64,000 nucleotides of DNA from Minisyncoccota bacterium (GTDB lineage Bacteria; Patescibacteriota; Minisyncoccia; Phycocordibacterales; SBAW01): positions 1-64,000 of the forward strand of contig DASZWM010000003.1 in NCBI GenBank assembly GCA_035546615.1, read 5' to 3'. Positions 41,503-49,760 of this stretch are shown here, in pieces. A model generated the notes under the pieces. It did no database searches and was not told the origin of the DNA. It saw nothing but the letters and a program-made list of their open reading frames with translations. Each line of letters starts with the position of its first letter. Positions within the stretch are counted from its first letter, which is position 1. The position numbers and the translations under genes were made by a program.

Positions 41503-41608
41503 AGTACGTGCGGGTGCCTGACAGCCCTGCACGAGGACTGGGGCCTTCCAGTGGCTCCTCCAGTCCGAAAAGGCGTACGCGGGTAACTCTGCGTACGTCT
41601 TTTTCTTT
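41503..41608 (+). ncRNA. candidate small RNA (~105 nt) of unknown family, promoter plus intrinsic terminator
   Basis: Transcript predicted from the promoter above. It ends at hairpin 'GGCGTACGCGGGTAACTCTGCGTACGTC' plus 'TTTTTCTTTT'. Internal stems 'GGACTGG..CCAGTCC' and 'GTGC..GCAC'. Confidence 0.35.
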
Positions 41609-41609
41609 T

Positions 41610-42398
41610 CTAATCCAAAATCCTGAAGCGGCGGTTTTTCGCGGCTATCAGCCCTTCCTTCGCCAAGACCGCGACTATCGGAGCCAGGTCCTTGGAGCTG
41701 CGGCCGGTTGCGTCTATCAGCTCGTCGAATGTTTTGGGCATTTTGAGTAGCTCGCGCAGTATCAGGCCGCGTACCTGGCGGTAGGAGCCCTCGAATTTGC
41801 TCTGCTTCGTATAGTGCTTGCTTCTGCTGTTGAGCTTAATTCCCTTCTGCTTCAGGTACGAGCCGTAGTCCATGAGCGCGGCGTAGAAGTCGCGGGGCTC
41901 CATGCCCGACTTCGTGAGCGCCTCTTTCACTTTCGGGAGTATTTCGATATCGGGAATAAGAGAGTCGCTTCGGCGCCTGAAAAGATAGTGGATGAACACG
42001 GTGCGGATGTTCGTCTCTATAAATACGCTTGGCTTGTTATGGGCGAACGCCTCCACCGCGGCGGCGGTGTACGAACCGACGCCCGGAAGCTTGCCGCCGG
42101 TCCAGCCTTCCCGGGCGATTATCTTCGCGGCCTCGTGGAGATACTTCGCGCGGCGGTTGTAGCCCAGCCCCTGCCAAAGCGCCAGCACTTCGGAGAGCTT
42201 TGCTTTTGCGAGCCTCTGCGCGGTCGGGAACTTCCGTATGAACGTCTCGTACTTCGGCACTACCCTATCCACCTGCGTCTGCTGGAGCATCACTTCCGAC
42301 ACCAGTACTCCATACGGGTCATGCGTGTGGCGCCACGGCAGGTGTCCCCTTCCTCGGGTTTTATAAAAGCTTTTGAGGTCGCGCAGCAGCTTCGGCAT
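41610..42398 (-). CDS. HhH-GPD base-excision DNA glycosylase (MutY/Nth-like, no obvious Fe-S Cys cluster)
   Basis: 'VSEVMLQQTQVDRVVPKYETFIRKFPT' and the helix-hairpin-helix 'LPGVGSYTAAAVEAFAH'. The C-terminus lacks a C-x6-C-x2-C-x5-C motif. Confidence 0.6.
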   Translation of the reverse strand: MPKLLRDLKSFYKTRGRGHLPWRHTHDPYGVLVSEVMLQQTQVDRVVPKYETFIRKFPTAQRLAKAKLSEVLALWQGLGYNRRAKYLHEAAKIIAREGWTGGKLPGVGSYTAAAVEAFAHNKPSVFIETNIRTVFIHYLFRRRSDSLIPDIEILPKVKEALTKSGMEPRDFYAALMDYGSYLKQKGIKLNSRSKHYTKQSKFEGSYRQVRGLILRELLKMPKTFDELIDATGRSSKDLAPIVAVLAKEGLIAAKNRRFRILD

Positions 42399-42413
42399 GC
42401 CTGCTATGGTAAC

Positions 42414-42439
42414 AAAAAATCCCCCGAAGGGGATCTTTT
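42414..42439 (-). terminator. intrinsic terminator after RRM gene
   Basis: 'AAAAAATCCCCCGAAGGGGATCTTTT'. Confidence 0.7.
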
Positions 42440-42458
42440 GAGTGAGCCGTCGGAAGGC

Positions 42459-42710
42459 TTAGGCCTTCGGGCGGGCATCGGAGACCGTGAGCGTGCGGCC
42501 GTCGAAGTCCTTGCCATTCCACATGGAAATGGCGGCATCGGCGCCTGCATCATCGGCCATCTCCACGAAGCCGAAGCCACGAGAGCGACCGGTCTCACGA
42601 TCGGTGACGATGGACGCGGTGGCTACCTCTCCCGCCTTGGCGAACGCGTCTTTCAACTCGTCGCCCGTAGTGCGGTACGGAAGGCCTCCCACGAACAGTT
42701 TGCGTACCAT
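42459..42710 (-). CDS. RRM-domain RNA-binding protein
   Basis: 'KLFVGGLPYRTTGDELKDAFAKAGEV..RGFGFVEM' carries the RNP2 and RNP1 motifs. Confidence 0.8.
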   Translation of the reverse strand: MVRKLFVGGLPYRTTGDELKDAFAKAGEVATASIVTDRETGRSRGFGFVEMADDAGADAAISMWNGKDFDGRTLTVSDARPKA

Positions 42711-42851
42711 ATTCGCGAAATACAATGAAGTTTACTAAGTTCCTTGTAAGACGACCCTCCGATACCGCAAAACGGCACACTGGAGAACTTACTGTAGAAC
42801 GCCCTCAAAGTAGCATAGGGCGGAGAGCGGCGCAATGCCGCCTGAAAGCCG

Positions 42852-43571
42852 CTAGATAAGCCTTGCCACGACCACCAAACGCTTGTCAAAAGAGTGCGCC
42901 ACGGAGTCCCAATCGCCGTCGCAGGTGATAAGGATTATCTGGGACGGGCCTTCGGTCGAAAATACCGCATCCGCAGGCGCGGCCTCGGCCGGATATTCCT
43001 CGATGCTTGTTACCTCATATGACAGGCTCCGGCCGTCTTTATCGAGAACCTGAATAGTCGCCCCCTCTTTGATCTGCGACAGGTGCGAAAAGACCCCCGC
43101 AGTCGTGAGCGCGTTATTGACATGCCCCGCGAAGACCGCGTTGCCCGGGCCGCCGGGCTTGGAGCCGGGCGCGTACCACGCCACGCTGCCGAAGGTACTC
43201 GGCGTGCCCATGGCGCCGTCGGCCTTCTTCCCCACATTCTCAACGGGCGCGTCTACGCCGAGCGAAGCTATCTTGAGCCGCGCGGGAGAAATCGGCTGCG
43301 TCGTGGTTGCGGCAGGTGCAGCGGGCGTTGCAAGCCTGTTGGCAACAGCAGGGTCCCCAAGCGCCGCGGCGGGCGCGAATGCAAGGAACGATGCCTTGGA
43401 GTCGAGCCCCGGAAGCTGCAGGCGCCTGAGCACGTCGACGCCGCCCACCAGTATAGCAAAGGCGCCGAGCGCGAGCGCGAGCTTGCGCAGCCAATGCGAA
43501 GGATGTCGGCGCTCTGTTGTCACGAGTACTCCCGACCTAGCGGACGATAGCAGCAAGGGTCTTTCTGACAT
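42852..43571 (-). CDS. sortase family transpeptidase
   Basis: N-terminal TM anchor, active-site His 'FAGHV' and Cys 'IILITCDG', with a C-terminal Arg. Confidence 0.8.
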   Translation of the reverse strand: MSERPLLLSSARSGVLVTTERRHPSHWLRKLALALGAFAILVGGVDVLRRLQLPGLDSKASFLAFAPAAALGDPAVANRLATPAAPAATTTQPISPARLKIASLGVDAPVENVGKKADGAMGTPSTFGSVAWYAPGSKPGGPGNAVFAGHVNNALTTAGVFSHLSQIKEGATIQVLDKDGRSLSYEVTSIEEYPAEAAPADAVFSTEGPSQIILITCDGDWDSVAHSFDKRLVVVARLI

Positions 43572-44190
43572 ACGGGATGGTAAGCGAAGCCAGAATCGCG
43601 AGCGCCGCGAGGACGAGCGACAGCAGAGCGACGTTCATGGGCTCGAAGCCGGTGTTCGGGAATGCGGGAACGTACTTGGAGACGACGGCCGGCTGTACCT
43701 GGCAGCCGCAGTTTTGGGCGCTGTAGGCATACGTCACCGGCTGCGCGTATTGGGAGCATCCGCAAGGCGTCTGGTAGGTGTAATTCTGGTACGGGTAGTA
43801 ATCGTTGTAGCCGCCGTAATAATCGTCGGTCTCGCGCATGGTAATGCGGCACGTTTCGGTGTCATTGCGGTCAAGATCGCCCCGGCAGCCGCTTGAGTAT
43901 GAAGGCGTGTAGCCGCTCCGGTTGCGGACGGAAACCGAGTACCAGCCGTCGACATACACCGTCGTGCCGTTGTCCGAACCCTTAAAGGATTCTTTTGAAA
44001 CATCGTCGCCGTCCACGCGCACGGTAAAGTCGGACGGGTCGTCGTTGCTGTAGCGGTCGTCCACGTCGACATAGACCTTGAGGCGGCCGTCGCTGCTGCT
44101 GGCGGCTGAGGAAACGGCGGGCGCGAGGGCGCCGGCCAAGAGAGCGACCGAGACAAGGGACAGCACGAGGGAGCGTTTAAAGTGGGTCAT
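43537..44190 (-). CDS. secreted Asp/Tyr/Cys-rich surface protein with sortase-type C-terminal sorting signal (FPNTG + TM + RK)
   Basis: Signal peptide 'MTHFKRSLVLSLVSVALLAGALA'. C-terminus 'VPAFPNTGFEPMNVALLSLVLAALAILASLTIPYVRK'. The gene overlaps the sortase gene. Confidence 0.55.
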   Translation of the reverse strand: MTHFKRSLVLSLVSVALLAGALAPAVSSAASSSDGRLKVYVDVDDRYSNDDPSDFTVRVDGDDVSKESFKGSDNGTTVYVDGWYSVSVRNRSGYTPSYSSGCRGDLDRNDTETCRITMRETDDYYGGYNDYYPYQNYTYQTPCGCSQYAQPVTYAYSAQNCGCQVQPAVVSKYVPAFPNTGFEPMNVALLSLVLAALAILASLTIPYVRKTLAAIVR

Positions 44191-44279
44191 ACGTTAGGAA
44201 ATTTAGTAGTAAAGCCGAGCGGGACCAGACCTGCTCCCATACTACGACATCGGCAATACCGCGCAAGGCGACCTGTTTT

Positions 44280-44486
44280 CTAGAACCCGGCCGGAAGGGC
44301 GAGGCTGCTTAGGAACGCCGGGATGACCAAAGGGAGCAAGACAAGCGGAACGGCGATAGCGCCCACCGTTATCCAAAAGCCCCAGAGCATGTACTTGCGC
44401 TGCTTTTCCGAGGAGGCGTACAGGGCGTCCACCTTCCCCTCAAGCTCGCGCAGCTTCATCTCCATCCGGTCGAGCTGTTCGTTCAT
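44280..44486 (-). CDS. small membrane protein, hypothetical
   Basis: Coiled-coil N-terminus followed by one TM segment. 68 aa. Confidence 0.3.
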   Translation of the reverse strand: MNEQLDRMEMKLRELEGKVDALYASSEKQRKYMLWGFWITVGAIAVPLVLLPLVIPAFLSSLALPAGF

Positions 44487-44493
44487 CAGCCTA

Positions 44494-45219
44494 TTATACC
44501 CCCGCCAAGCGGATGGCGATAAAGAGCACCGCCGCGCCCAGAACGGTCATCCCTGTGGTCCATAAGGTCGGGTGCTTGTGGTGGCTCTCCGGCACGAGGT
44601 CGCTTGCCCCGATGTAGAGGAAGAACCCGGCGAAGAGCGCCAGCAGAAGGCCCAAATGCTCGTCTGACACGCCGAAAAGAAGCGTCGCCAGGATGCCGAC
44701 GACCGGCGCCAGCGCGTCCACGGCAAGCCACTTCAGCGCCCGGCCGCGCGCTCCCCCGTTCTTAATGATCATGTTGACGGTATTGATGCCGTCGGAGAAA
44801 TCGTGCGTCAGGACGGCCGCGGCAACGACGATGCCGACCGCGGGCGATACCTGGAACGCCAGCCCGATGCCGATGCCGTCCAGAAAGCTGTGGAAGGAAA
44901 GCGACGAGGCCCCCACGATGCCGCGCTGCGCGTGATGATGCTCTTCGTCATGGTCGCCGTGGCCGTGAAGGATTATCAGGCGGTCGAGCCCGAGGTAGAC
45001 CAGAAACCCGAGCGCCGTCACGGCAAGCAGCGTGGATGCCTCGTAGGACGCGCTTCCCAATTCAAGCGCCTCCGGAAGCAGGTCGAAGAACGCGACGCCG
45101 ATGATGGCTCCGGCGCTGAAGCCGAGTATCAGGTGCAGGCGGTCGCGCAAGCGGAGCGCGAACAGGCCTCCGAGCATGGTAGAGACAAATGCGGCTATTG
45201 CGATAAGTGCGAGCGTCAT
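44494..45219 (-). CDS. zupT: ZIP family zinc/metal transporter
   Basis: His-rich loop 'HGHGDHDEEHHHA' and 'HSFLDGIGIG..HDFSDG', the ZIP signature. Confidence 0.85.
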   Translation of the reverse strand: MTLALIAIAAFVSTMLGGLFALRLRDRLHLILGFSAGAIIGVAFFDLLPEALELGSASYEASTLLAVTALGFLVYLGLDRLIILHGHGDHDEEHHHAQRGIVGASSLSFHSFLDGIGIGLAFQVSPAVGIVVAAAVLTHDFSDGINTVNMIIKNGGARGRALKWLAVDALAPVVGILATLLFGVSDEHLGLLLALFAGFFLYIGASDLVPESHHKHPTLWTTGMTVLGAAVLFIAIRLAGV

Positions 45220-45230
45220 GGTATGCGAAA

Positions 45231-45647
45231 TTAGCTAGTACACGTCTTGCACGTCCCGAAGAACTCCAGGTCGTGGCTCATAATGCTTGCGAACGTGCGG
45301 GAGCCGCGCAGGGCGACCTTCTCCATGGGCTCCACCGCGCAGGCGGCGACATCCTCCACCGCGCCGCAATTGGTGCAGACAAGATGGTGATGATGCGTCT
45401 TCTGAAGCTCATAGTGCGCGTGGCTGTGATGCAAGTCCACCCGGCGGACAATGCCCGCCTGCGCGAACGCTTCAAGCGCCCGGTAGAGCGTTGTCTCGTT
45501 AAGTTTGCCTTTCGTACCCTTCGCCACTTCCCCAACGGTCATGGGCTTCTCGCGTGCCCCAAGCGCTTCAATTATCCTGATGCGCCCGGGCGTGGCCTTG
45601 AATCCCGCTTCCCGGAGGCGCCGGGCGATGTCTGCATTTTTCTCCAT
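45231..45647 (-). CDS. Fur-family metalloregulator (Zur-like given adjacent ZIP transporter)
   Basis: 'ATPGRIRIIEAL' DNA-binding helix, 'HHSHAHYEL..HHHHLVCTNCG' and a C-terminal 'CKTC'. Confidence 0.85.
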   Translation of the reverse strand: MEKNADIARRLREAGFKATPGRIRIIEALGAREKPMTVGEVAKGTKGKLNETTLYRALEAFAQAGIVRRVDLHHSHAHYELQKTHHHHLVCTNCGAVEDVAACAVEPMEKVALRGSRTFASIMSHDLEFFGTCKTCTS

Positions 45648-45682
45648 TGCCCCACCATATCATAAATGCAAAAAACTTGCAA

Positions 45683-46828
45683 TTACTTATGCACATGCCC
45701 GTGCGGGCGCTCTGAGGGCGGCAGTTCCCTGCCATGGAGCATCCAGACCGCCACGGCGGTGGTTATCGGAACCGTAAGGATGATGCCGATGGAGCCCAGC
45801 ATCGTGCGCAGTATCTCGGTGGCGAACAGTTCCTGGTTGAGCGTCACCTCAAGGCTCTGCGTGTAGGAGGCCTGGAAGAGCAGGAGAAGCGGCAATGCGG
45901 CGCCGACGTACGCTATCGCGAGCATATTCACGAGCGCGCCGATATGCTCGCGGCCGATGCGCAGCGCGCGGCGGTATATCTCGCGCGCGCTCAGGTGCCC
46001 GCCGGCGCTGATGAGCTCCTCGACCGCGATAGACTGCCCTATCGCCGCGTCATAGAGCACGCCGAGGATGCCTATCAGTATGCTGCCCAGAAGCAGGCCC
46101 ACGAGGTCTATGGAGCCGCGCGTGTCGAAATTAAGGTACACCGCCTCCTCGTTCGTGAAGCCGGTCAGATGCGACAGGTGTATGGCGGCGTACGCCAGCG
46201 CGCCGGTTATGGCGATGGTCGCGAGCATCCCGAGCACCGCGGTCGTCGTCGTGCGGTTGAACCCGTGCGTGACATAGGAGCCCAGCACGATGATAAGCGC
46301 CGACACCCCGAGCGCCACCAGGACCGGCGGATAGCCCGCCAGTATCCCGGGCAAAAGCAGGTACCCGATGAAGAAAAAGCTCATACAGAGCGCAACGAGC
46401 CCCCGCACGCCCTGGATGCCGCCGAAGAAGAAGAGGCACGCGAGGAAGAGCCCCACGAAGAACGCGATGACCGGCAGGCGGTACGGGGCCGAGACGCTGT
46501 ATGCGTCCACGCCGTCCAGCCGGTTTACGCGGTGCATGAGATACAGCACGTCCCCCGGCTTGGCCAGGAGAAAATCATTGTCTATGGTCAGGACGCTCCC
46601 CTCGCTCGGGCCGTCGAGCATCTTGACTTTTATCGTCTGAAAATTCGATTTGGTATCGGTGCCCGGCACCAGCTTTTCCTCGGAGCTCACCACCTCCGCT
46701 ACCCGCCCCTTTTCATACGTTACCGTATCGGGCACCACTTCCTGCGCGCGCGCAGGCGCGGCCGGCGCGAACGCCGCCGCTATAAGGAGCGCCGGAAGAA
46801 AGAGCCGCGCAAAAGCCGTACGTTTCAT
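45683..46828 (-). CDS. YibE/F-family polytopic membrane protein
   Basis: Signal peptide plus periplasmic domain, then about 8 TM helices with a YibE/F-like pattern. Confidence 0.65.
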   Translation of the reverse strand: MKRTAFARLFLPALLIAAAFAPAAPARAQEVVPDTVTYEKGRVAEVVSSEEKLVPGTDTKSNFQTIKVKMLDGPSEGSVLTIDNDFLLAKPGDVLYLMHRVNRLDGVDAYSVSAPYRLPVIAFFVGLFLACLFFFGGIQGVRGLVALCMSFFFIGYLLLPGILAGYPPVLVALGVSALIIVLGSYVTHGFNRTTTTAVLGMLATIAITGALAYAAIHLSHLTGFTNEEAVYLNFDTRGSIDLVGLLLGSILIGILGVLYDAAIGQSIAVEELISAGGHLSAREIYRRALRIGREHIGALVNMLAIAYVGAALPLLLLFQASYTQSLEVTLNQELFATEILRTMLGSIGIILTVPITTAVAVWMLHGRELPPSERPHGHVHK

Positions 46829-47241
46829 TACTCGCGGTCGTGCTCGAAGATGTGCGTCAGGCGCAGGCGGCCGGCGCCGATGAGCGCGAGCCCGAAGGAA
46901 GTGGCGGCGAGCAGTATCTCGAACTCCCCGCCCGAGAATCCGCGCTTGGGGAGCACCGCAAGCGCAAGCGCCACCAGCATGGCAATGCCGGTCGCCACGG
47001 CCGCGGCGCGCACGGCTATGCCGAGCGCGAGCATCGCTCCGCCGACTATCTCAACGAAGGTGATGGCATACGCCATGAATCCCGGAAGCCCGATGGCCAT
47101 CATGAATCCGGCGGTGCCGCCCAGGTTCTCGAACTTCATCAGTCCGTGGTGGATGAATATGGCGCCCAGCGTGACGCGGATAAGCAGAAGTCCGAGCGAG
47201 GGGCGGTACCAGAAGCGGCTGACGCGATTAAGCAGTTCCAT
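46828..47241 (-). CDS. DoxX family membrane protein
   Basis: 'LLLIRVTLGAIFIHHGLMKF' and four TM segments. Confidence 0.75.
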   Translation of the reverse strand: MELLNRVSRFWYRPSLGLLLIRVTLGAIFIHHGLMKFENLGGTAGFMMAIGLPGFMAYAITFVEIVGGAMLALGIAVRAAAVATGIAMLVALALAVLPKRGFSGGEFEILLAATSFGLALIGAGRLRLTHIFEHDRE

Positions 47242-47269
47242 GATCCTTGGATTGGTTTAAGAATTGATA

Positions 47270-48037
47270 TTATTGCGCCTGTCCCGACGCCGACGCGGCC
47301 GCCGCGGGAGCCAGCGCGTGCAGGCTCTTGAGTATCGTGTCCACCGACTTCCGAGCCGCTGCAAGATCGGCATGCGCCGCGCCGACTTCCTTGCGCGCGC
47401 TTACGAGCGCGTCGGTGTTCGCCTTCATCTTGTCCTTGTCTCCCCCGTCCGGCACCAGCACCGCCGAAGAAGCCACGGCAGCCTGCGCGTGGGCCTGCGC
47501 GCTCCCGAGCGACTCTCCCATCCGGGTCAGCTCCGCGGTAACGTCCGTGACATTGCCGCCCGCGGCGCCTGCCGCCTGCACGCGCGCCTGGAGCTTGGCC
47601 CCGATGCCCGCGAGCATGTTGATTATCGTCGCCTCGCGGTCGGCGGCCGCGGCAATGCGCGCCTGCGGCACCACGAGCGCGAATATGCGGTAGGCCTGCG
47701 TGATGGAAGATATATCCGCGCGCAAGGTCGGGCCGTCCTGGTCGGCGGCAATCTTGGTCTTCAGCGCGGCAAGGCCGCTTATCTGCGTCTGCACGTTGGT
47801 GTTGAGATTGGCCTTGAAGTCGGCGGTTACCTTGGTCATCGCTCCCACGCGCACCGCCAGGTCCTGCAATACCTTAACGCGGCGGTCTATTTCCGTATTC
47901 GCCTTTTCCTTGGCGCGGGTCATGACCGCGGCGGAAACGGTAGTGGAAGCGGTCTGCGCGAGCGCGAAGGCCGGCGCCACAAGCGCCAGTCCGAGCGCTG
48001 CGGTGATAACTGCCTGCTTATAGATGGAGTGTGTCAT
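47270..48037 (-). CDS. secreted alpha-helical Ala-rich protein, hypothetical
   Basis: Signal peptide 'MTHSIYKQAVITAALGLALVAPAFALAQ'. The track ORF extends to 48097; I prefer the internal start. Confidence 0.45.
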   Translation of the reverse strand: MTHSIYKQAVITAALGLALVAPAFALAQTASTTVSAAVMTRAKEKANTEIDRRVKVLQDLAVRVGAMTKVTADFKANLNTNVQTQISGLAALKTKIAADQDGPTLRADISSITQAYRIFALVVPQARIAAAADREATIINMLAGIGAKLQARVQAAGAAGGNVTDVTAELTRMGESLGSAQAHAQAAVASSAVLVPDGGDKDKMKANTDALVSARKEVGAAHADLAAARKSVDTILKSLHALAPAAAASASGQAQ

Positions 48038-48038
48038 A

Positions 48039-48365
48039 TTAGAATTCCTGCGCGGTTGGCTTGTCATTAATGCCCTGGTCGGCGCTCGTTTCGTCACTGC
48101 CGAGCCCCTGCAGCTGCAGGTCTACCGCCGCGCTGTCCTGCGCTATCGCCGCGTCCGAAACGTCGTCGCTTGCGGTCGGCAAGTCGGTAACGGGCGGCTG
48201 CGCCGCCGGCTGCTGCGGAGTCTCCGGCGTCGTGGTCGCCTGCTGAGCGGCCGTACCGCCCATAGTCGGCGGCAGGTAATCCTTAAGGAGCCCGCTCCAC
48301 CAGAGGCCTCCGGCGGCGACGGCGAGCAGCACGATACCGATAAGCGCTTTCATTATCATAAGCAA
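48039..48365 (-). CDS. membrane-anchored low-complexity protein, hypothetical
   Basis: An N-terminal TM segment followed by a Thr/Pro/Gln/Asp-rich region. Confidence 0.35.
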   Translation of the reverse strand: MLMIMKALIGIVLLAVAAGGLWWSGLLKDYLPPTMGGTAAQQATTTPETPQQPAAQPPVTDLPTASDDVSDAAIAQDSAAVDLQLQGLGSDETSADQGINDKPTAQEF

Positions 48366-48465
48366 GGGAAATTAACGTATAGTAGGACCTCGGTCCAGTA
48401 TACTCTCCCCGGCTTGGGTGTACACGATTTTATTCACCGCCCGGGCCGTCGCGCGGCTTGGGATG

Positions 48466-48966
48466 CTAGCGCTGGTTCTCCTCCAGCAGGCGCTTGTCCT
48501 CTTCGGTCGGCTCCAAATCCAGGCATACCGAGTTCAGGCAATAGCGCTTGCCGGTCGCGGTAGGGCCGTCGTCAAACACGTGGCCCAGATGGCTGCCGCA
48601 GTTGGCGCACAATACCTCCGTGCGGTGCATGCCGTAGGCGTTATCGGCCTTAAACTCCACCGCGCCCGGAAGCGCCTGGTCGAACGACGGCCAGCCGGTG
48701 CCGGAGTCGAATTTCGCGCTGGAGGCGAAAAGCGGATTGTTGCACGCCGCGCAGCGGTACACGCCGTCGCGATCTTCGTGCAGGAGCTTGCCGGAGAACG
48801 GCGCCTCCGTCCCGCGCTCGCGCAATATCGCGTACTGCTCGGGCGTGAGCTTCTGCTTCCAGCCCTCCTCGTCGCGCGGCATGTCGTCGTGGTCGTGATG
48901 TGTATTGGAATTAGTCATAGGTTTTCTGTCGAATCGATAGGTATAAGTATACAAACTCCTACTCAT
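48466..48966 (-). CDS. msrB: peptide-methionine (R)-S-oxide reductase MsrB
   Basis: 'CAACNNPLF', 'GWPSF', '[21 protein letters not shown]'. Two CxxC pairs and the catalytic Cys. Confidence 0.9.
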   Translation of the reverse strand: MSRSLYTYTYRFDRKPMTNSNTHHDHDDMPRDEEGWKQKLTPEQYAILRERGTEAPFSGKLLHEDRDGVYRCAACNNPLFASSAKFDSGTGWPSFDQALPGAVEFKADNAYGMHRTEVLCANCGSHLGHVFDDGPTATGKRYCLNSVCLDLEPTEEDKRLLEENQR

Positions 48967-49657
48967 AGACTACTTCTGTTATCTCCGCGTGCGGGTTCGG
49001 TATGACGCACAGGACCTTTCCGGCTATCTTAAAGTCCTCGCGGAGCACTATCGGGCGGTACTTGGGGTTCTTGGATTCCGGATACAGTATCGTGACGCCG
49101 TTCTTCTTTTCGTAGCGCTTCACCGTCACCATATCGCCCACTATCGCCGCCACCCGGTCGCCGTTCTGCGCCTCGTCGGTAAAGCGGATAAGCACGTAGT
49201 CGCCCGGATTGATGCCCGCGTCCTGCATGGAGTCGCCTACCGCGCGCACCGCCACGATGCCGCCCTCTTCCCCCGCGCCGCGCGGAGCAACCTCCTCGCC
49301 GCGGTACGGCCCGTCGGCTATGGTCTTGTCCACTTCAAGGAATTCGTCGTACTGCTCCTGCGCAAAAAGGCTCAGGTCGTCGCAGCCGACGTTCGCCACC
49401 ACCGGCACGCTGACCGTCCGGTTGGGCATGCCGTCGGAATCGGCATTGCGCAGCTCTATGTTGCGGCGCGCGTGCTTGCGGCGGTAGATGTAGCCTTTTT
49501 CCTCCAGCGCCTCCAGATACTGCGTCACGGTGCGCAGCGACTTGAGTTTGAGGCTCGCCTTGAGCTCCTCCAGGGTCGGCGGCTCCTTGTGCTTGAGCAT
49601 GTAGGCCTCAAGCGTATCGAGCACGTGCTGCTGTTTAATTGTGAGTGCGTGCTGCAT
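48959..49657 (-). CDS. lexA: LexA repressor (S24 peptidase)
   Basis: N-terminal winged HTH, 'AVRAVGDSM' (Ser nucleophile) and '..VTVKRY' (Lys). Confidence 0.9.
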   Translation of the reverse strand: MQHALTIKQQHVLDTLEAYMLKHKEPPTLEELKASLKLKSLRTVTQYLEALEEKGYIYRRKHARRNIELRNADSDGMPNRTVSVPVVANVGCDDLSLFAQEQYDEFLEVDKTIADGPYRGEEVAPRGAGEEGGIVAVRAVGDSMQDAGINPGDYVLIRFTDEAQNGDRVAAIVGDMVTVKRYEKKNGVTILYPESKNPKYRPIVLREDFKIAGKVLCVIPNPHAEITEVVYE

Positions 49658-49690
49658 ACCTACATACTAAACCAGGTCTTTTTTGTGTGC

Positions 49691-49722
49691 AATACACAAC
49701 ATACACAAGTTGGGGATAACCG
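49691..49722. promoter_or_regulatory. tandem ATACACAA repeat + TTGGGGATAAC element in lexA/alkB-like divergent promoter (candidate operator)
   Basis: 'AATACACAACATACACAAGTTGGGGATAAC'. Nearly the same 30 bp recurs at 56691-56722, in the same minus-strand orientation, upstream of another minus-strand operon. Confidence 0.4.
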
Positions 49723-49760
49723 GCGCGACAAGCGTGCACACAAGTCTTTAGGCTACAGAG

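Noticed and set aside
41508-41750. 80-aa ORF starting inside the candidate sRNA
   Set aside because: It overlaps the 3' end of the glycosylase gene on the opposite strand and has no RBS or motif. The region is better explained as a promoter-terminator sRNA unit.
43734-44156. Alternative minus-strand frame (140 aa, Thr/Ala/Arg-rich) inside the sortase-substrate gene
   Set aside because: The other frame (43537..44190) has a clean signal peptide and a complete sorting signal. This frame is compositional shadow.
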